Below are positions 58,671 through 64,000 of a DNA stretch of 64,000 nucleotides, piece after piece. The DNA is from Nannocystales bacterium (lineage in GTDB: Bacteria > Myxococcota_A > Polyangia > Nannocystales > Nannocystaceae), in NCBI GenBank assembly GCA_050633305.1, contig JBOEGF010000017.1, forward strand, positions 46,433 to 110,432, written 5' to 3'. Each line of letters opens with the position of its first letter. Positions within the stretch are counted from its first letter, which is position 1. The notes below the pieces were generated by a model. The model saw only the letters and a list, made by a program, of their open reading frames with translations, ran no database searches and had not been told where the DNA came from. The position numbers and the translations under genes are program-made.

Positions 58671-59972
58671 CTAACCGCCTGCAGCTGCGTGAGCCTCGAC
58701 CGCAGACCAGACTCGCAGGACGTTGCCCGATGCGATCTTTTCGAGGTCCTCCTCGGACACGCCCCGGCGCAGCAACTCTGCGAAGAGGTTGGGATAGTCG
58801 GCCACGCTTCGCAGGCCCTTGGGCAGCGAGTCTCCGACCCCGTCGAAGTCGCTGCCCAGACCCACGTGCTCCACACCGACCAGCTCGATCACGTGCATGA
58901 CGTGGTCCGCGACCTTCGCGACGGTGGCCCGCGGTGACTGGTGATCGATGTCGTAGGCTCCCGCAGCCTCCTTTCCCTCCTTCGACTCCGGATCGAGGTG
59001 CTCTTCCTCGAGATACGCCTTCAGCTCGGCATCGTGCTTCTTCCGCCCAGCCCGAACGCCACCATCGAGGAAATCAGAACCGAAGTTGATCTGAATGACC
59101 CCGCCCGCCTTCGCGAGCGCACGGATCATGTCATCCGACATGTTGCGGTCGAAGCCCGGCGTGAAGTGCCGACAGGAGCTGTGCGATGCGATGACGGGGA
59201 CCTTGGACAGCTCGATGACCTGCCAGAACGCGTCATCAGAGATGTGCGAGACATCGACCATCACGCCGACGCGGTTCATCTCTGCGACCACCGACTTCCC
59301 GAACCGCGACAACCCCTTGTGGGTGTGACGCTTGTCGTAGGACGAGTCGCTGATGTGGTTGTCTTTGCTGTGGGCGAGCGTGATGTAGCGAATGCCTCGC
59401 TTGTGAAAGCGGGCCACATTCTCCAGCTTGCCCATCAGGGGCGCACCGTTCTCCATGCCCATCGGTAAAGAGACTTTGCCGGCCGCGAAATTGTCCCGCA
59501 CGCTCTGCACCGTGGGTGCCAGCCCGAAGTCGTTGGGGTGGGCAGTCACGATGCCCTCGACCATGGAGATCAGACCCTCGGCGACCTCATCCGCGCCCTT
59601 CATTTCGAAGTCTGGCGAGACGTAGATCGACATGAACGGCGCGTCCAAGCCGCCCGCGCGTGCCCTGGGCAAGTCGAAGTCCCCCGACTCCGTTGCGGCC
59701 CCGACGTCCTCGCCGAGCACGCCGTCCTTCGAGGATTTCTCGAGGCGCCACGGGACGTCGATATGCCCGTCGAGGATGATGAACTTCTTCGCCAGAACCA
59801 CCGCCCGCTCTTCGACGGACATCTCGGGCTCCGCTGCCGCGTTGGGGGCCGGCTTCGCGGTCGGCTCCGTGGCGACCTCCGCCGCGGCGGGCGCAGGCGC
59901 CGGTGTGCTCGACCCCGAGTCGCAGGACGCCACCAGTCCCAAACACACCAGCAAGCCCAACTGCGCACGCAT
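58671..59972 (-). CDS. Membrane dipeptidase (M19), lipoprotein
   Basis: DGHID, MEN, RYITL, DVSH, ASHS, RN, GLGSDFDG, GN.LRV. Confidence 0.92.
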   Translation of the reverse strand: MRAQLGLLVCLGLVASCDSGSSTPAPAPAAAEVATEPTAKPAPNAAAEPEMSVEERAVVLAKKFIILDGHIDVPWRLEKSSKDGVLGEDVGAATESGDFDLPRARAGGLDAPFMSIYVSPDFEMKGADEVAEGLISMVEGIVTAHPNDFGLAPTVQSVRDNFAAGKVSLPMGMENGAPLMGKLENVARFHKRGIRYITLAHSKDNHISDSSYDKRHTHKGLSRFGKSVVAEMNRVGVMVDVSHISDDAFWQVIELSKVPVIASHSSCRHFTPGFDRNMSDDMIRALAKAGGVIQINFGSDFLDGGVRAGRKKHDAELKAYLEEEHLDPESKEGKEAAGAYDIDHQSPRATVAKVADHVMHVIELVGVEHVGLGSDFDGVGDSLPKGLRSVADYPNLFAELLRRGVSEEDLEKIASGNVLRVWSAVEAHAAAGG

Positions 59973-60019
59973 GCGATGCGTGTACCAGCCCTGGCCGGTC
60001 GGCGTCGAGGGCCGGGTGG

Positions 60020-61558
60020 TCAGCTGCTGAGCGAGAAGAAGTCTTTGATCCGGTGCAGCAGCTCATTGCGCGACGCCGTCGAGGCCTGCGACACCCGAGG
60101 CGCGCTCTGCTTCGACGACGCGCTGTCGAGCTGCTCCCTGCGGGACACGAGGACGTCGCTGATCTGCTCGGCCAGCTCGGGAGAGCCATCCAGAACCCGG
60201 GCGAACGGCGTCTTGGAGACCACCAAAACCAGGGTCTCGGTCAGGGTCCGAATGGTCGCCATGCGAGGCTGTCCGGTCATCAACGACATCTCGCCGAAAA
60301 ACGCGCCCTTTCCAAGGCGGGCGACCTCGACCGAGTGCCCGTCCGTCTCGAGGAGCACCTCGACCTCTCCGCGCTGCACGATGAACAGCTCGTCGCCTTC
60401 GTCGCCCTGCTGCAGGATGGTTTCCCCGGGCGCATACGGGCGCTCCCGGCAGCTCGCGACCAGCTCATCGACCTGCTCGTCGGAGAGGTCCCGAAGGAAG
60501 TCGACGTTGCGAAGAGCAGCTCGACGCCGCGCCATCGCTTCACTGCGGGCCGCGCTGCGGTACGACTCGTCATCTTGGTGGAGCTCCAAATCGGCAACCG
60601 GCACCGCCATCTGGATATTGGCACGGCGCAGCGAGTACCAGATCCGGTCTCGAGCCAAGCTGTCGGTCACCTCGCGACGCTCGAAGTCGTCGGTGTGAAA
60701 ACGGACCCAGTACCGGACGCCGCGCTCGACGAAGTCGGAGGTGACCACCGAGGGGGCCGGACGGCGGAGCACACCTGGGGTGTGCTGAAGACCCTCGAGG
60801 ATGACGTCCTGGACCCGGTGCGGCGGCTCCGAGAAGGGAACGACGACAAACAAGCTGCGCCGACTCATCTTGGTCGGCTTGGTGAAGTTGCGAATCGGGG
60901 CTCGGGCCAGCGGCCCGTTGGGGATCACAATCTCCACGTCGTCGAGGGTGAGCACCTTGGTCGCGCGCCAGTTGATCTCGATAACCTTGCCGATGTCGTT
61001 CTCGTCCGAGTCGTACTGGATCCAGTCCCCAACCTCGAACGGGTTCTGCGCCTGAATGGACAGGCCCGCGAACAAGTTGCCCAACGTGTCTTGGAGCGAC
61101 AGACCGATGACGGCCGTCAACAGCGCCGAGGTGGTGAGCAGCGCATCGAGCTGAGCACCCGCGGAGCGCAGGGTGAGGAGAACCGCGGCCGAGTAGACCA
61201 ACCCCTCGCAGATGTCGCGGAAGATCTTGGGGATCGGGCGCGCGAGCCGGCGGGTCAGGATGTTGTCCACGACGAGCAAGAAGCCCGTCCGTGCGCCCGC
61301 CAGCAGCAGGAACAACACGGCCAGAGTCTTGAGCACCGAGGCCGTGGTCGATGCGGGGTCGACGATGGCGCCCATCACCACCAAGGCGAGGTGCACCACC
61401 AGCGCACCGGTCGGGGTGCGCAGCTTGTCTCGGTCTCCCCGCAGCAGCGTGAACCGCAGCGCGAGGATCAGCAGCCCCACGGTCAACACGCCCAACCCCG
61501 AGAAGGAGAAGGCGCTCCCGTCGGCGAGCGCGGAGGCTAGGCGGCTGAACCAGGACAT
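60020..61558 (-). CDS. MscS mechanosensitive channel with C-terminal cNMP-binding domain
   Basis: GLSLQDTLGNLFAG, PFEVGDWI, INWRAT, IPN; FFGEMSLMTGQPRMAT. Confidence 0.9.
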   Translation of the reverse strand: MSWFSRLASALADGSAFSFSGLGVLTVGLLILALRFTLLRGDRDKLRTPTGALVVHLALVVMGAIVDPASTTASVLKTLAVLFLLLAGARTGFLLVVDNILTRRLARPIPKIFRDICEGLVYSAAVLLTLRSAGAQLDALLTTSALLTAVIGLSLQDTLGNLFAGLSIQAQNPFEVGDWIQYDSDENDIGKVIEINWRATKVLTLDDVEIVIPNGPLARAPIRNFTKPTKMSRRSLFVVVPFSEPPHRVQDVILEGLQHTPGVLRRPAPSVVTSDFVERGVRYWVRFHTDDFERREVTDSLARDRIWYSLRRANIQMAVPVADLELHQDDESYRSAARSEAMARRRAALRNVDFLRDLSDEQVDELVASCRERPYAPGETILQQGDEGDELFIVQRGEVEVLLETDGHSVEVARLGKGAFFGEMSLMTGQPRMATIRTLTETLVLVVSKTPFARVLDGSPELAEQISDVLVSRREQLDSASSKQSAPRVSQASTASRNELLHRIKDFFSLSS

Positions 61559-61576
61559 GGGGGACTCGAAGAGAGA

Positions 61577-61945
61577 TTAGAACGGCTTGTAGACCGCGAG
61601 CCAAGCTCCGATGCCACCGATCACGGGCAGCACCAGATACCAGGCCGTGCCCATCGGACGCTTGAGCAAGGCCGCCGCGCCGCCGAGCAGGAGCCACACC
61701 GCGAGCTTGCCGAAGATCCACTTCGGCCAACCGCTCTGCATCATGCCCAGCTTGGCCATCAGGCCGAAACCCGCCACGAAGATCACGAGCAGCGCGACGC
61801 CGTGCAGGATGATCAACGGCTTGCGCGCTGCCTTCAGCTCCGCATCGGTGCCACCGCGCAGCGTGACCATGGCCAGGCCACCCATCGCGGTGAACAGCAC
61901 GAGGATCGCCAGAAGGTGGAGGACTTTGTAGAACTCGTAGGGCAT
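61577..61945 (-). CDS. Small 4-TM membrane protein (SirB2-like)
   Basis: YKVLH, HG, GFGL, WIFGKL, YKPF. Confidence 0.65.
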   Translation of the reverse strand: MPYEFYKVLHLLAILVLFTAMGGLAMVTLRGGTDAELKAARKPLIILHGVALLVIFVAGFGLMAKLGMMQSGWPKWIFGKLAVWLLLGGAAALLKRPMGTAWYLVLPVIGGIGAWLAVYKPF

Positions 61946-61959
61946 GGCGGGTCGGCGGA

Positions 61960-62463
61960 CTATCGCGCGCCACCGTAGCGCGCGCCAAGCATCTCGCACA
62001 GATCGGTGAGCGCGACCTCATCCACGTCCGCAAAGGCAGCCCGATGGTCTGAATCCACGTCGAGGACCGCGAACGTCTCGCCGCTGGCGCCAATCACGGG
62101 CACCACGATCTCCGAGCGTGTCGAGCTCGAGCAGGCGATGTGGCCGTCAAAGGCCTCCACATCGGCGACCCGCTGGACCGTCCGGGTCCGCGCGGCAGCC
62201 CCACAGACCCCTCGTCCAAATGGGATTCGCAGGCAACCGTGACCGCCTTGGTAGGGGCCCACCGCGAGAAGCGCGGGCGCGACGGTCCGATAGAACCCGG
62301 TCCAGTGGAAATAGTCGAACGCGTGGTGCAGCTCGCATGCCACGGTCGCCATGGCGCTGACCCAGTCGTCCTCGTCGGCCAGGAGACTGTCCATCACCGC
62401 TCGGAGCTCCGCGTACCGGGTCGTGCGTTCCGCCGCAGGTGCGTTCAGCGGGAGCGGTTCCAT
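61960..62463 (-). CDS. GAF-domain protein, free Met-R-sulfoxide reductase-like
   Basis: WTGFY, GPYQG...C..I..GRGVCG, HIACSS..SEIVVP, VLDVDS. Confidence 0.85.
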   Translation of the reverse strand: MEPLPLNAPAAERTTRYAELRAVMDSLLADEDDWVSAMATVACELHHAFDYFHWTGFYRTVAPALLAVGPYQGGHGCLRIPFGRGVCGAAARTRTVQRVADVEAFDGHIACSSSTRSEIVVPVIGASGETFAVLDVDSDHRAAFADVDEVALTDLCEMLGARYGGAR

Positions 62464-62487
62464 CGGCGCAGGATACTGCGGAAGCGG

Positions 62488-62925
62488 CTAGCGGGGGGAA
62501 GTGACCGCGGGACTGCGTACCCACGCCTCGGCATCCCGCTCTTCCAAGAACGCCATGATCTGGATTCGGCCGGTCCACGACATGGAGATGCCGTTCCACG
62601 CGCGCGTTGCACGGTCCATGGAGCGCTTTCGACTCGCGTCGTCCTCCTGAATGAGCGCGACCCGAGCGAGTGCCGGGTTTGTGCCCAACCACGACCACAT
62701 CATCGCCCGGACCCAAGGCGGTGGAGCCTCGGTCTGCCGGTTGTCGAAGACGACCGCCGACACCCCCGAGGCTGACATCGCACACTCGATCTCCGCCTGC
62801 ATGGTCCGGACCTTCGCTTCGGAGGCCGGATACCCCGACTGCGACACGAAGATGTACCCGTGACGGGATTCGACCGTAAACGCGAACGTACAGGCCCGCC
62901 CCTTGCTCTGCGCTGGAGTTCCCAC
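62488..62925 (-). CDS. Hypothetical protein (STAS/SEC14-like)
   Basis: VVFDNR, RVALI, C-terminal AF..E.DA.AW pattern. Confidence 0.5.
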   Translation of the reverse strand: MGTPAQSKGRACTFAFTVESRHGYIFVSQSGYPASEAKVRTMQAEIECAMSASGVSAVVFDNRQTEAPPPWVRAMMWSWLGTNPALARVALIQEDDASRKRSMDRATRAWNGISMSWTGRIQIMAFLEERDAEAWVRSPAVTSPR

Positions 62926-63090
62926 CCTCGTGTGAACCCTATAGCGAGCGAGGGAGCCTCGCGCCTCCCCTTGCGCAGGACCACTGTGGGCCCGTCCACC
63001 TCAGCTTCTTCCGGCCGACCATAGATTCCCCGCCTGCGGGATCGTATCGTCCCGGGCTCGCCCACCTCGTGCGGCGCAGGAGATCCCCAA

Positions 63091-63909
63091 GTGTCCCAAG
63101 ACGCCCGCAAGGCAGCTGCCCTCATCGAAGAACGCGCCCCCGGGCGCTCCCCCAAGATCGGCCTCGTGCTGGGCTCAGGCCTCGGTGGCTTGGGCGACCA
63201 AGTCGAAAACGCGACGTCCTTCTCGTTCGCCGAACTCCCCGGTTTTCCTGAGCCGACCGTCGAGGGCCATGCGGGCCGCTTGATCCTCGGGACCCTGGCC
63301 GGAGTCGAAGTTGCCTGTCTCCAAGGCCGGGTCCACTTGTACGAGGGGCACCACGCCAACACCGTGCAGCCGCTCATTCGCACCCTCAAGCTGCTGGGCT
63401 GCGACAAACTCGTCCTCACCAACGCGGCCGGCGCCCTCGACCTGGACGCGAAGCCGGGACAGCTGATGCTGATCACCGATCACATCAACGGTCAGGGCAC
63501 CAGTCCACTGCTGGGCAAGAACGACGACAGCTTCGGCCCGCGCTTCCCCGCCATGACGGGCGCGTACTCCAAAGCGCTTCAGGAGCGCATCAAGGACGTC
63601 GCCAACAGGCAGGGGGTCACGCTTCGCGAAGGGACGTACATCGCGCTGCTCGGTCCCACCTTCGAGACTCCTGCGGAGATTCGGATGTGCCAGGCCATGG
63701 GCGCCAACGCAGTGGGAATGTCCACCGTGCCCGAGGTCATCGTCGCGCGTCATTGCGGGATGGAATGCGCCGCGGTCTCCGTCCTCACCAACATGGGCGC
63801 AGGACTCTCCGACGAAGAACTCAGCCACGACCAGACCCTCGAGTTCGCGAACAAGGCCTCGGCCACGCTCCAAGAGCTGATCAAGGGCTTCATCGGAACG
63901 TTCGCCTGA
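63091..63909 (+). CDS. Purine-nucleoside phosphorylase (trimeric type)
   Basis: LGSGLG, GHAG, GRVHLYEG, TNAAG, DHIN, GPTFETPAE, GMSTVPE; AGGAG SD. Confidence 0.93.
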   Translation: MSQDARKAAALIEERAPGRSPKIGLVLGSGLGGLGDQVENATSFSFAELPGFPEPTVEGHAGRLILGTLAGVEVACLQGRVHLYEGHHANTVQPLIRTLKLLGCDKLVLTNAAGALDLDAKPGQLMLITDHINGQGTSPLLGKNDDSFGPRFPAMTGAYSKALQERIKDVANRQGVTLREGTYIALLGPTFETPAEIRMCQAMGANAVGMSTVPEVIVARHCGMECAAVSVLTNMGAGLSDEELSHDQTLEFANKASATLQELIKGFIGTFA

Positions 63910-64000
63910 CGGCCTGCGGACCAAGGGCGGATGACAGGCGGACTGCGAGCCAATCGCAGCCGGACCCCACGCGGGTCGAAACGCTGGAAGGAACACACGA

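Overview
High-GC bacterial chromosome segment. The gene content (multiple Ser/Thr kinases with TPRs, ECF sigma factors, Cys-rich and Ser/Thr-rich lipoproteins, a MYXO-CTERM-like tail, a DUF1592/DUF1552 pair) points to a myxobacterium, probably Nannocystaceae-like; this is an inference. About 59 densely packed CDSs. Housekeeping genes: speA, ettA, metF, birA, nadC, cydAB, pnuC, dnaG, rpoD and a purine nucleoside phosphorylase. These are interspersed with secreted or lipoprotein enzymes, two ion channels, three Ser/Thr kinases and three ECF-type sigma factors. I found no rRNA, tRNA, CRISPR array or intact mobile element. The most interesting signals are: (1) a recurring TANNNT-N6-8-start codon pattern at about 11 genes, suggesting widespread leaderless transcription, including two compact bidirectional promoters; (2) a PEGA / lipoprotein / ECF / kinase / DUF1592-DUF1552 cluster at 41.5-51.1 kb that may be a trans-envelope signalling module; (3) a FecR anti-sigma with an in-frame Met plus signal-peptide-like insertion right after its GT autocleavage site; (4) an ECF-like sigma and a kinase whose start codons share one CATG; (5) a ~200 bp inverted-repeat element after ettA. 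All family assignments come from motifs recognised by eye, not database searches.
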